64,000 nt of DNA, from positions 237,126-301,125 of the forward strand of contig JAJDCD010000023.1 of assembly GCA_029261035.1 (NCBI GenBank), in the 5' to 3' direction. A program made the translations under genes and the position numbers. This document shows, in pieces, positions 33,685 through 43,432 of the stretch (the first letter of the stretch is position 1; every line of letters begins with the position of its first letter). The DNA comes from Candidatus Omnitrophota bacterium. Lineage in GTDB: Bacteria; Omnitrophota; Omnitrophia; Omnitrophales; JACROU01. The notes under the pieces were generated by a model, which was not told the DNA's origin, searched no databases, and was given only the letters and a program-made list of their open reading frames with translations.

Positions 33685-34128
33685 ATGAAGATATCCAAAC
33701 GAGGTGAATACGCTTTAAGGTGTTTATTAGCATTAACTTACAACTATGGAAAAGGTGTGCTTAAACTCAGTGAAATCGCCAATGAGCATGAGATTCCTTA
33801 TAAATTCTTAGAACAAATCATGATTCTTTTAAAACAGGCAGAGTTAGTAAAAAGCCAAAAAGGAAAAAAGGGAGGGTATGAACTGGCCAGAAACCCTAAC
33901 GAAATTCTTTTAGGAGAAATAGTTCGTTTGACGGATGGACCTTTGGCCCCTATTCATGACGAGAGAAGTTTGAAGCATTTGGTTGATGAGGGAGGTCCTC
34001 AGGCAGGGCTCTTTGACTTATTCCTCGAAGTTCGAAACTCCGTCTCATCTATATTAGATCATCGAACCCTCCAAGACTTAGCTCAAAGGAATATGGAGCT
34101 TCAACAAAAAGAGATGTACTTCATTTGA
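33685..34128 (+). CDS. Rrf2 family transcriptional regulator (no Fe-S Cys triad; CymR-like)
   Basis: MKIS.RGEYALR, IP.KFLEQI, S.KG..GGY.LAR, IVR..DGPLAP. Confidence 0.9.
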   Translation: MKISKRGEYALRCLLALTYNYGKGVLKLSEIANEHEIPYKFLEQIMILLKQAELVKSQKGKKGGYELARNPNEILLGEIVRLTDGPLAPIHDERSLKHLVDEGGPQAGLFDLFLEVRNSVSSILDHRTLQDLAQRNMELQQKEMYFI

Positions 34129-34150
34129 GGATAAAGCTATCAAATGAAAG

Positions 34151-34180
34151 AGAACAGAGAACAGAGAGCAGAGTACAGAG
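34151..34180. repeat. Heptamer tandem repeat
   Basis: agaacag agaacag agagcag agtacag ag. Confidence 0.75.
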
Positions 34181-34287
34181 ATTCCGTAAATCGTTGACAA
34201 TAATTTGATGATTTCCCCTAAGTTCTTTGTATAAAACTCCTTATGAATAAGCAGTAAAAAAACCTCTAAAAATTGTGGTTTCAGAGG

Positions 34288-34316
34288 TTGTAAGAAGTGC
34301 TCCTACCAGGTATGAT
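34288..34316 (+). promoter_or_regulatory. sigma70-like promoter of giant gene 1
   Basis: TTGTAA-17 bp-TATGAT; inverted repeat aacctct...agaggtt (34261-34289) abuts the -35. Confidence 0.5.
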
Positions 34317-34339
34317 TCATAAAATTTACTCTTTTAAAG

Positions 34340-37300
34340 GTGTTTTCTAATTTTATGATCAAGTTCAAAAAACCGATCGCTTTTTTTACTTTTTTACTTT
34401 TTACGATGAATACGTTTGCTTATGCTGCGCCGGAAATCTCTTTGTCTTCTTTAAAGGCTAAAGACAATATTCTTCTCCCATTAAATATTCAAATACCAGA
34501 AACCTTAGGCGTCGTTGAAGAAGAAATTTTAGGTTCTGGCCCTATAGTTATTCATATAGAAGATGCTCATGCAGATTACCAAGCCCAGAAAAACATACAA
34601 GCAATTATTGAACACTTAGAAAAGACCCAAGATTTTAACCAGCTTTTTCTTGAGGGTGGAGCAGGAGAATTGACCCCCGAAAGCTTTCATTTCTTTGAAG
34701 AACATTCGTTAAATCAAAAGGTTGTCGATGACTTAATGCAACAAGGCTTGTTTTCGGGAGCCGAAGCGTTCTTGGTCGATAATACTGAGACAGCCCAAGG
34801 TTTCGGCATTGAGGACATTGATACGTATCGAAAGAACTTACAACAATTTCGAGAAGTGATTCAAACAAAAGAAACGCATGTTTGGACTGAAGAACAAAAA
34901 CAAATCCTTTCCACTCAAATTTCAAAAACATTCCCCAAAGAATTAAGAGAGATTGTTTCTCTTAGACAGAAGCTCGACCTAAATCAAATATCACTGTTAA
35001 GTTATGTAAACCTTTTGAATCATTTAGTAAAAAAACATCTTTCCATCGATTTACAAGACAAGAAACATCAATGGGATTACCCCTCTTTAGTTCGACTTGT
35101 TCGACTTAAGGAGATGAAAACAACAAACCTCGAACAAATCCAATCAGAAAAGAAAGCGTGGCTCGAAAAACTTGAAGAGCTTAACTTAGATAACGAATTG
35201 ATGGAAAAGCTAGAGAATATAGAAAAACAAAAATTCCCAAGATTTGTCTTAGAACAACTGCACCAAGCAAAGGGAGGGAAGCTTTCTTTAGAGGATTTCC
35301 CAGCATGGAAAAATTATCTTCAACAATTAATGTATCAAACAGAAGTTGATAGCAAAGGGTTGTTTCAGGAAATAGAGAGCCTTTCAGGGAAACTCTATAA
35401 GGGGTTAGTCCAAACACCAGCGCAACAAAGTCTTCTTAAAAAGATAAAGAGTTTTCATCTTTTCGAAAAGCTTCTCTTGCTCGAGCTTACCCGAGAGGAG
35501 TATGGGAAACTTAAGATAGAAAATCTAGATGTTATGTTACCTGAAGAAATTGAAACTGTGTTGGAAGGGGCAAAATCTTTTTATAGGGAGGCTATAAAAA
35601 GAGAATTCTTTTTCACTCAAAATTTATTATCTCAAATGAAAGAAAATAAAAACCCAAAATCTATTTTAGTTACAGGAGGGTTTCATTCTGAAGGAATAAA
35701 AAAGAAAATAAGGGAATTAAATTTCTCTTATGTCCGAATTCGCCCTCACGTAGGATCTTCCATTGAATCACGAAAAATTTATTTAAATACGTTGCTTGAA
35801 GAAAATAAAACAAAAATAGCTTCCATTGCTAACGTACTTCAGATTATGCCTGAAGCCACACAGCAAAAAATGGGCGTTTCTGTTAAGAGAAGATTTTTTG
35901 TTAATGCAGCAGTGAGCCGAGCAGCATCTTTGGGTGAGGAGGAGCTTCCCAAAATTCCTGGAGCCAAGATTTTGACTTTATCTTTAGGGGAGCTTGCGGA
36001 TTACCTTGCTGAGAATCTTGAATCTCAATTTGAAGAGGCTGGGCGCAATTTTAGAACAAAAAAACCCAATGCGGTTTTAGATAGTTTTGAAATTATGGCG
36101 AATGCCCGATTTATTGATGCGGACACGGTTCGATTTATTTCACAACCTAGATTAGCCACAGGAGAAGATGGGGCTATTGTTAATACATCCCATGGGTTGT
36201 TGTCCAACATCATAGGCTTGGAGCCTAATGACTTTCAATCTCATTGGATGCGATTGATATTTTATTTATATCCTAACGATAAAATAGTTATTAATTTTAT
36301 TCACAATGGGTTTGTGCGAGAGCTCATCAGAAAAAGAAATGCGCACAAGTCACAAAAAGAATTTGATTATGATTTATCCATACGGGATGAGTACATTAAA
36401 TTAGCTCGAGTCTTTGTCGAGGCGTTTCGAAAAACACCTTATGGTTCTTCTGAAGAAAAGATTGAAAGCGTAAGAATTATAGAAGCGATAGGGGTTCCTT
36501 GGTTTTCATCTGAAGAGCAAAGCACCATTAAAATAGGAAATCAGGTTTCCTTGTATCTGTTATCGCAGTTACAGCTTTTAAGTGAGAAAATTGAAGGGGC
36601 ATCTCTGGGAGAAACAAATCAAATAGAAAAGAGCACCTTCTTTCAAAAATTTTGGGAGGCTCCTCTGTGGTTTAAGGTTCCTGTCAGTGTGGGTGTCATT
36701 AGTACTGCAGCAGCCCTTCTTTTTGGTTTAGGCTTGCCGGAGGCTTTTAAAAATCCAATAGCTTCTTTTTTTAATAACATCACTATCTTTGGATTTTTTG
36801 TTGCACTTGCAGATATTTTAGGTCAATGGATTTCGGGGGCAAAATATAATTTAAAACAAACTTTTCTTTCTTTTTTTCCTTTGGGGTTAGCGTTAGGAAC
36901 AATGACTTTTGTAGGTTACGGAATTATTAATTACTTAGTTCCTCAAGACTCTCAACTGACGGTCTGGATTTGGGGCGTTTTGCTTAGTGTTAGCGCTTTA
37001 ATGGGCTTCAAGTTAGCCAATTTTTATAACAGTTTTAAGGAAGATGTGAGCCAACTTCAACATTGGGCTTTTCGTATTGCGGGTATCGCGTTCCCACTTA
37101 TTCTAATTTGGCACTATCTGCCACGCGAAGAACCTCTTCCTGAGTTTGTTGTGGGCATTGTGCGTGTGTTGGGAACTTGGGTTGTGATACGGAGTAGAAC
37201 GATTCCTTATGCCTGGCTTGTCAAAAGAGTCAGAAATCAAATTAAAAAAGAAGAAGCAACGACATCTGCAGATAAAGAGGACGCAAAAGAAGCCTTAGAT

Positions 37301-40300
37301 GCTCAAGAAAAACAATACGAATCTTTTTGGATGTCGCGAGTTCCTTCCTTCATTAAAAATTATGTTGTGATGATGTTTTTCCCTCCACATTTAGCAGTTA
37401 TTTTAGAAGGCATTGCTACGCAATATTTCCAATTGTTTTACTCTTGGTCTGTAAATAAAAAAGGATTCATGATTAAAAAGGAAAATCTAAGAGGAAACCG
37501 AATGTTTCTTTTCTTTTTAGGGTTTATTTGGTGGTTAGGTGTTCAGCGTTTTACAAAAACAGAAACTAAGAAAGAGCCAAAAGAAGAAATAGAAGCAAAA
37601 AGTTTAGGAGCGATTTCGGATAAAGATAACAAAATTACGCGCCTTAATTTCTATAAGAAAGTTCGCCCTTATTTAGCTTATCTTGCCAGAAAAAATGTTT
37701 CGGCACCTTTTGCTGCAAAGACACCGGATTTGTTCTTACTTTTAGGCCATGGAGACCCTAGAACTTTCTATGAATTTTCTGGAGTTTGGAGAGATGCCAG
37801 TTTGAAAGGGCATCAAGTTCCCATTGTGATTGCTGGCGGTAGGGGTAGGGGAACGGATCTGTTGGTTCAAAAAATTATGCTCTATGCCCAAGATAACAAA
37901 ATTCCTTTTACCGAAGAAGAGCGAGCGTTGATTCTTAAAAGCGATATTTCTGAAGCTGAGATCATTAAAATGGTTCTTGTGAAACAAGAGATTCCTGAAG
38001 AGTTAATCACTGTTGAAACAAAATCCACAAATACACCCGAAAACTTTGTTAACAGCCTTGCTTTTGTTAAGCAGCTTGTGGGCCAAGATGCGTTAATTCA
38101 AGTCGTAACAAATCCACCTCTTAATTTAAGAGCCCATCAAACAGGATTAAAAAAATGGGAAGATATCATTAAAAGTCAGTCGTGGCAGTTGCGCACAACG
38201 CCTGTTTACATGCCTCGTTTACAAAAAATGACAGAAGAGGACACTTTAGAGTTTATCGCTTATGTTTTAGGCTTACCTTCGGGTTATCAACCTAAGAATA
38301 CGTCTGTGAATCGTAAAAGTGAAACAGAGCGAATTGCAGAGTATGGAACAAAAGAAACCCCAGATCTAATTCCTCTAGATTTTTCCGAAACAGAATGGAG
38401 CTTAGATGCTGTAAGGGAATTAAGAGAAACACATTTCAGAGACTTTCTTCAGCAAAAAGGCGACGTTCCGAAAGACAAGTGGAGCAAAGGCATTTGGGCT
38501 CTTTTATTCTTTATTCCATCTTTCTTTATTGCTTTAGGGGTTGTCCCCGACTTTTTCTATAATGCGCGAGCGTTGTCCCCAACTTTTTACCTTCATGAAT
38601 TTTTGCATGGCAGTAATAGTTGGAATTTAGAAAACTTAAATATTCCTCTTTGGGCCAAAACAATGACTCATTGGGGCCCTATTTATTATGTGTTGTATGC
38701 GCTTGAATATGTTGCTCATGGTATTTCCGATGGACTTGTCTCTGTTTTTTCTTGGGCACTTTCTTTTTTTGGCATGGAAGAAGAAGGGGGTAAGCTTTCG
38801 TATATTATTCCAGATGCTGTTGATTTAATGATAGGTTTTACGGGCTTAAAAGTTGGACAAACACTATACTCTTTAAAGAATCAAACCCGCCTTTCGAGAT
38901 TTGGAATGTGGTCCAGCTTTACGGTTGCTTTTGGTTACTTTGCTTTTCACACACTCTATATTTTGCATGATGCCTTTCGCATCGGAGATTTTTCTAAAGT
39001 ACACCATCCTGAGAATGGAGACTACCGTATGTTTGCCAGCATTTTTTCTTCAGGTGCAGCGAGTCCAGGTCAAATATTTTTAACAGGCCTTTTCGTAGCA
39101 AGTTTTTCTTATCTTTTTGTTACTGCAGGCCATTGGCTTTTAAGTGGGATTAAAAACAGGTTACAACTAGGTTCTATTCGAGAGAGTTTTAGAAAAAGAG
39201 TAAGTGAAAAAATAATTTCTACTTACAAATCTACGGTTTTGGCTCTTTCCATTTTTATTGTTAGTTTTACAGCACTTTTAACAAGCGCAAGTTACTCCAC
39301 TCCCAAAATAACACCTGCTTCACCAGAGGTAAAAGAAACAGACCCAGAAAAATCCACCAAGAAAAGAGAACGCAAAGAGGACTATGTTGCCAACCCGGCA
39401 AAAGGAGATAGTTTAGGAAAGAGTATAGAAATAGCTCGAAGCGCCTCTAGACCGAACAGTGTAGAAGCGGCTTCTTTGGGATCTCAACAGGAAAAAATTG
39501 ATGAGAGAAGATTAAGAAGAGCTCAGCGAAGCCATAGACGATATAAAGATCCATTAGTATCTTTGATTCATATGGTGGTTACAGCGGATCAGAATCGTTT
39601 ACTTATGGTTAAGTCGGTGGAAGGGGCTCGTTGGTCGTTGTTGGAAGGGGCTCCTGTTCTTGGTGAAACTGTTTTTGAGGCTTCTAAGAGAATTCTACCT
39701 CTCTGGATTAATATGGCAGCCCAAACAACGAAGGCAATTGGGATTGTTTCTGACCCAGAACTTCATGATGTTTATGTTTATTCTCCTGTTATGAAAGTTG
39801 TTTTAAGGGATCAACAGCTTTTAAAAGATTCGAATCAGTTTTTTGATGCTCGTTTATTTTCCCGAGAAGAATTAAAGTCTATTTATCTTAAAATGTTTGT
39901 AAACCCAAATCATCGAAGCCTTGTTGAGGCTTTTGTTAATGATCCTCAGCTATCACATATCCCTGTTAAAGCAGAAAGTTTAAAATTTGCTGATCCGGAC
40001 AAACGTTTAATTGAAACGCCTTCTTTTGACCAAGCTAAAGCTAGAAGAACCAAAGAAGAACATAATTACCATATAGAGCAGGGGAAAACACAACACAATT
40101 TAACATCGGTTGGATTGGTGGAGGTAACGAAGCCAAACGGAGAATATTTAGGAGTTATGCTTCAACAAATTAAAAAAGGAGCATATAAAGGGCAGTGGTC
40201 TTTAAGTGGAGGGCATCCCTCTCATGGTGAAAGTGCTGTTTATGCGGGCATGCGAGAGATATATGAGGAAACTAGTTTGGTTGCAACCAAGCCGCACTTT

Positions 40301-42235
40301 TTAGGCATTTTGCCTCCAAGTTATCCTGGTAGTCCTGAAAGTTACATTCAATCTTTATATAGTTTTCAAGCAAAAGGTTATCCTAACCCTGATAATAAAG
40401 AAGTTTCCGCCATTGCTTTTGTTAAGAATTTTGAAGAGCTCAATGAGTTTGCGCGAAATAATATACTTGCGTGGAGTGTGTATGGGACCGTAGCTAAATT
40501 TCTATTAGAAAAAGAAGGTGTAAAACTACCGGAAGAAATAACAACATTAGTGAAATCCCTTTTTTCAAAATATGCGTTTGATTCAAAGCGACTTCACTCG
40601 GTAACTCTTGCATTAACTTACTTAATTCCAGAAATTATTAAAACACAGCTGCAGAATGTTAACTTAGAGAACTCGAATTTTATTTTAAGTTCTATGTTCC
40701 ATTATTACTTATCCAAGATGTTGCTAGACACACTACAAAGTAACCCCCGGTTTGAAGCAGGCGCGTTGCTGCGATTTATGCAATTGGGCGATCAAGATAT
40801 ATATGACCCTAAAGCTTCTGGCGGAGGAGCGTACTTTACACAGGAGATTCCCGAAGAATTTAAAGCGGCGTATGAGAAGCAAGAACAAGAAAATGGACGA
40901 TTATTAGCAGATAAATGGTTGTTAGAAGAAAAAGGGATTTTTTGTTTTAGAAAGAAACAAGGTGAGGAGATGCGTTATGAAACTTGGTATTGGAGAGTGA
41001 ATCCTTGGAACGATGGAGCAACTTTAAAATTAGAGGATGAGGAGTATCAAGGGTTAGAGGCTCTATCCTTAACGTTGCAACAAGCAACTCATTTTGTTCT
41101 TAATGATCGCAATGCCAATGGCTTTTTACTCATAGACCCAAAAAGTCCTTTAGCTCAAATCGCAGAGGCTTCAAGAGAGGAGAGCAACTCTGCTGCTATT
41201 GAAGGGAGACCCGTACTTCCATCGGAATATTTGGTTCCAGAACTTCAACTATTATTAGGCGAACAGGTTCAAGATATGAATGAAACCTTAGATGCAATGG
41301 CAGAAGAAATGCTCCAATTTCTAGGAAAATCAATTTTACCTTCTACGCATGAAAACTTAAAACAACGCTTGCGACTCGAACTCTTTAAAATTTTATATGT
41401 AACACAAATGGCGGAGATCTCTCACCTCGAAACTGTTGGAGCAGCTTCTCTAGGTAGTATAAAAGAAAGAGAAGTAGACGCTATTATTTATGTGACAGAA
41501 ACTGTTGCCGGAGGGATTTATTATTTACCAGAGGCAGATCAAACACTTCTTGTGTTGTTTAAAGAAAATGCTAAGGATGGAAAGACAGAAATAAAAACTT
41601 CATCTGCTGTAAATGCTTTTAATAGGGATATAACGCCGGTTTTGAATCTAGTACCACAAAATGTAAGGGGCCCTCAATCCAGACTGCCGCTCATTGTTTT
41701 TGATGATGTTCTTAAGAAGAGAAAAGAAACGGCACGTCAAATGGCGCATCAACTTTCTTCCGCGCTAAAGCCAGGCGACTTATTTGTAGCTGTTTGGGAG
41801 GGAGACGATAAACCTTCAGTGCTGAGCCAGCTTTATCGAGAAGCAAATACATCCGAGTTTCAGGTGCGGGATATTCCAAAAGCGCTTATTTCTGAAGCGC
41901 GTGTTCAGTCTTTGACGCGAAAAATAGAAACAGCTCCTGTGGCAATTAGTTCGTTATACGATACTTCAGATTTAGAACTGGAATTGCGAGGAGGCGATAA
42001 AATTAAATTAGATTTAAGCTCATTAATTGAAAAGGGGGTTAACCCGATTCAAGTCGTGAAATTAATTCGAGCGCTTTCAGATAATTTAGAAGCCCGAAAG
42101 GTGCTTTTTGAACGTATTGGATTTAAGTGGAACGAAAAAGAAGGTTTTTGGACCGTTGGAAAAGACTTTACTCAATTCCTCGAAACAATCTACACACAAT
42201 CTCTCACACAACAGCTAGTCCTTCAAGCAGCTTAG
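34340..42235 (+). CDS. Giant modular secreted protein 1 (2631 aa): signal peptide, shared N-domain, unknown, Mpv17-like, DUF218 plus HExxH membrane region, tandem Nudix, C-domain
   Basis: Uninterrupted ORF; signal peptide ending AYA-A; N-domain homologous to 43433 ORF; six [AG]xSLG linkers. Confidence 0.9.
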   Translation: MFSNFMIKFKKPIAFFTFLLFTMNTFAYAAPEISLSSLKAKDNILLPLNIQIPETLGVVEEEILGSGPIVIHIEDAHADYQAQKNIQAIIEHLEKTQDFNQLFLEGGAGELTPESFHFFEEHSLNQKVVDDLMQQGLFSGAEAFLVDNTETAQGFGIEDIDTYRKNLQQFREVIQTKETHVWTEEQKQILSTQISKTFPKELREIVSLRQKLDLNQISLLSYVNLLNHLVKKHLSIDLQDKKHQWDYPSLVRLVRLKEMKTTNLEQIQSEKKAWLEKLEELNLDNELMEKLENIEKQKFPRFVLEQLHQAKGGKLSLEDFPAWKNYLQQLMYQTEVDSKGLFQEIESLSGKLYKGLVQTPAQQSLLKKIKSFHLFEKLLLLELTREEYGKLKIENLDVMLPEEIETVLEGAKSFYREAIKREFFFTQNLLSQMKENKNPKSILVTGGFHSEGIKKKIRELNFSYVRIRPHVGSSIESRKIYLNTLLEENKTKIASIANVLQIMPEATQQKMGVSVKRRFFVNAAVSRAASLGEEELPKIPGAKILTLSLGELADYLAENLESQFEEAGRNFRTKKPNAVLDSFEIMANARFIDADTVRFISQPRLATGEDGAIVNTSHGLLSNIIGLEPNDFQSHWMRLIFYLYPNDKIVINFIHNGFVRELIRKRNAHKSQKEFDYDLSIRDEYIKLARVFVEAFRKTPYGSSEEKIESVRIIEAIGVPWFSSEEQSTIKIGNQVSLYLLSQLQLLSEKIEGASLGETNQIEKSTFFQKFWEAPLWFKVPVSVGVISTAAALLFGLGLPEAFKNPIASFFNNITIFGFFVALADILGQWISGAKYNLKQTFLSFFPLGLALGTMTFVGYGIINYLVPQDSQLTVWIWGVLLSVSALMGFKLANFYNSFKEDVSQLQHWAFRIAGIAFPLILIWHYLPREEPLPEFVVGIVRVLGTWVVIRSRTIPYAWLVKRVRNQIKKEEATTSADKEDAKEALDAQEKQYESFWMSRVPSFIKNYVVMMFFPPHLAVILEGIATQYFQLFYSWSVNKKGFMIKKENLRGNRMFLFFLGFIWWLGVQRFTKTETKKEPKEEIEAKSLGAISDKDNKITRLNFYKKVRPYLAYLARKNVSAPFAAKTPDLFLLLGHGDPRTFYEFSGVWRDASLKGHQVPIVIAGGRGRGTDLLVQKIMLYAQDNKIPFTEEERALILKSDISEAEIIKMVLVKQEIPEELITVETKSTNTPENFVNSLAFVKQLVGQDALIQVVTNPPLNLRAHQTGLKKWEDIIKSQSWQLRTTPVYMPRLQKMTEEDTLEFIAYVLGLPSGYQPKNTSVNRKSETERIAEYGTKETPDLIPLDFSETEWSLDAVRELRETHFRDFLQQKGDVPKDKWSKGIWALLFFIPSFFIALGVVPDFFYNARALSPTFYLHEFLHGSNSWNLENLNIPLWAKTMTHWGPIYYVLYALEYVAHGISDGLVSVFSWALSFFGMEEEGGKLSYIIPDAVDLMIGFTGLKVGQTLYSLKNQTRLSRFGMWSSFTVAFGYFAFHTLYILHDAFRIGDFSKVHHPENGDYRMFASIFSSGAASPGQIFLTGLFVASFSYLFVTAGHWLLSGIKNRLQLGSIRESFRKRVSEKIISTYKSTVLALSIFIVSFTALLTSASYSTPKITPASPEVKETDPEKSTKKRERKEDYVANPAKGDSLGKSIEIARSASRPNSVEAASLGSQQEKIDERRLRRAQRSHRRYKDPLVSLIHMVVTADQNRLLMVKSVEGARWSLLEGAPVLGETVFEASKRILPLWINMAAQTTKAIGIVSDPELHDVYVYSPVMKVVLRDQQLLKDSNQFFDARLFSREELKSIYLKMFVNPNHRSLVEAFVNDPQLSHIPVKAESLKFADPDKRLIETPSFDQAKARRTKEEHNYHIEQGKTQHNLTSVGLVEVTKPNGEYLGVMLQQIKKGAYKGQWSLSGGHPSHGESAVYAGMREIYEETSLVATKPHFLGILPPSYPGSPESYIQSLYSFQAKGYPNPDNKEVSAIAFVKNFEELNEFARNNILAWSVYGTVAKFLLEKEGVKLPEEITTLVKSLFSKYAFDSKRLHSVTLALTYLIPEIIKTQLQNVNLENSNFILSSMFHYYLSKMLLDTLQSNPRFEAGALLRFMQLGDQDIYDPKASGGGAYFTQEIPEEFKAAYEKQEQENGRLLADKWLLEEKGIFCFRKKQGEEMRYETWYWRVNPWNDGATLKLEDEEYQGLEALSLTLQQATHFVLNDRNANGFLLIDPKSPLAQIAEASREESNSAAIEGRPVLPSEYLVPELQLLLGEQVQDMNETLDAMAEEMLQFLGKSILPSTHENLKQRLRLELFKILYVTQMAEISHLETVGAASLGSIKEREVDAIIYVTETVAGGIYYLPEADQTLLVLFKENAKDGKTEIKTSSAVNAFNRDITPVLNLVPQNVRGPQSRLPLIVFDDVLKKRKETARQMAHQLSSALKPGDLFVAVWEGDDKPSVLSQLYREANTSEFQVRDIPKALISEARVQSLTRKIETAPVAISSLYDTSDLELELRGGDKIKLDLSSLIEKGVNPIQVVKLIRALSDNLEARKVLFERIGFKWNEKEGFWTVGKDFTQFLETIYTQSLTQQLVLQAA

Positions 42236-42240
42236 AGCAT

Positions 42241-42406
42241 TGTCATCCCGTACTTGATACGGGATCCAGTGTCTTTATCTTTTCTTTAATCGTCATTGCG
42301 AGGCGTCGAACAAAGAGCCGCGGCAATCTCAGGATTTTGAATAAGAATGGAAGATGCCCATTTTCTTGAGATTGCCGCAGCTTTTTTGTCAAAGCTTCGC
42401 AATGAC
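42241..42406. repeat. Palindromic repeat cluster (GTCATCCCG..GGGATCCAG and GTCATTGCGAG..GCAATCTC..GAGATTGC..CGCAATGAC types)
   Basis: 42241-42270 and 42292-42406; related copies at 59238-59275, 61234-61272, 62591-62686. Confidence 0.85.
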
Positions 42407-42454
42407 AGATTTAGAATTATGTTTAGGGTTTTTGCTGATAGCTTAAAGCTAAAT

Positions 42455-42644
42455 AGAAAACGCCAAAAATTTAGATAATTATTTCTTGGCCTTGTGCGGG
42501 ATGGTTTTCATCTTAACTCCTTATGTGGTTCCGGACATGTCTTTCAAATAACTTCGGGCCCCATAGGATTAAGAAGTTTTGCCTTTATGACAACTGATTA
42601 TCCTCGCCGCCATTGAATTGCTATCTAAGTTTTTGGCGTTTTCT
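42455..42644 (+). ncRNA. Candidate structured RNA, 6S RNA-like long hairpin with central bubble
   Basis: 23-bp terminal stem (one G-U), inner stems gcgggat/atcctcgc and cttaactccttatg/cataggattaag; wobble pairs favour + strand; 190 nt. Confidence 0.45.
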
Positions 42645-42734
42645 TATTTTCTATTTCTAATTATGTTTCTATAAAAACTCTAACACATCCTCACAACTTT
42701 ACTAGTCGATGTCTTACAAAAAAATTTTAAGGAG

Positions 42735-43181
42735 TTACACGTTTACAATTTCTCCGGCCTCTGTGATTTGAAATGAGCGGTTTCCTGTAACATTAACTTG
42801 TTGGGGAGACGCCGTAATGGTGTAAGTGGCTTGAGTTACATTAGATAACGCAAAGTTGTATCCTTGTCGTGAGCCGCTTGTCAGTGCAGTATCGCAAAAG
42901 GGAGGATTACTGGAAGAAAGAGCCCCCAAGGTTATGGGATAGCCCGTAAAGATAATTCGATATTGTTCCATAGCTTGTCTTAATGTATTTAGAGCTGTCT
43001 GAGCTCCTGTTTCATTGGCTGTAACTCGGGCGCTTCTGAAATTGACGAAAGACACAACGACCACAATAGCAATGATAGAGAAAACCACAATAATTTCCAG
43101 AAGAGTAAAACCTTTTTTGCTTTTGCTATGTTTTCGACTCCAAAATTTTACAAACACTGCGAGCGCCTCCGTAAGTAGCAT
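42735..43181 (-). CDS. Type IV pilin / pseudopilin
   Basis: KKG|FTLLE prepilin cleavage/methylation motif, hydrophobic helix, ANE..A...L, GYNF, YTITASP, TGNRSF. Confidence 0.92.
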   Translation of the reverse strand: MLLTEALAVFVKFWSRKHSKSKKGFTLLEIIVVFSIIAIVVVVSFVNFRSARVTANETGAQTALNTLRQAMEQYRIIFTGYPITLGALSSSNPPFCDTALTSGSRQGYNFALSNVTQATYTITASPQQVNVTGNRSFQITEAGEIVNV

Positions 43182-43432
43182 CCTTATTAAACCAGCTCTA
43201 TATATAAATTTAACACAAATATGGACGACACAAAAATTTAAGCTATATAACTTTCTAAACAGAGCATGATTAGTATATCGCCCTAATAAGTAGAAACTTT
43301 AAACCTGAATAATCGTAAATCACTATAAATAAAGGGCTTAAGTTGTTTATTTAATTTAGAGTAAGACAGCTTTCAGAAACGTCCTATAATTACTTGTTTA
43401 TATTAAAAGGGTGCTTGAAATTTCAGAGTTAA

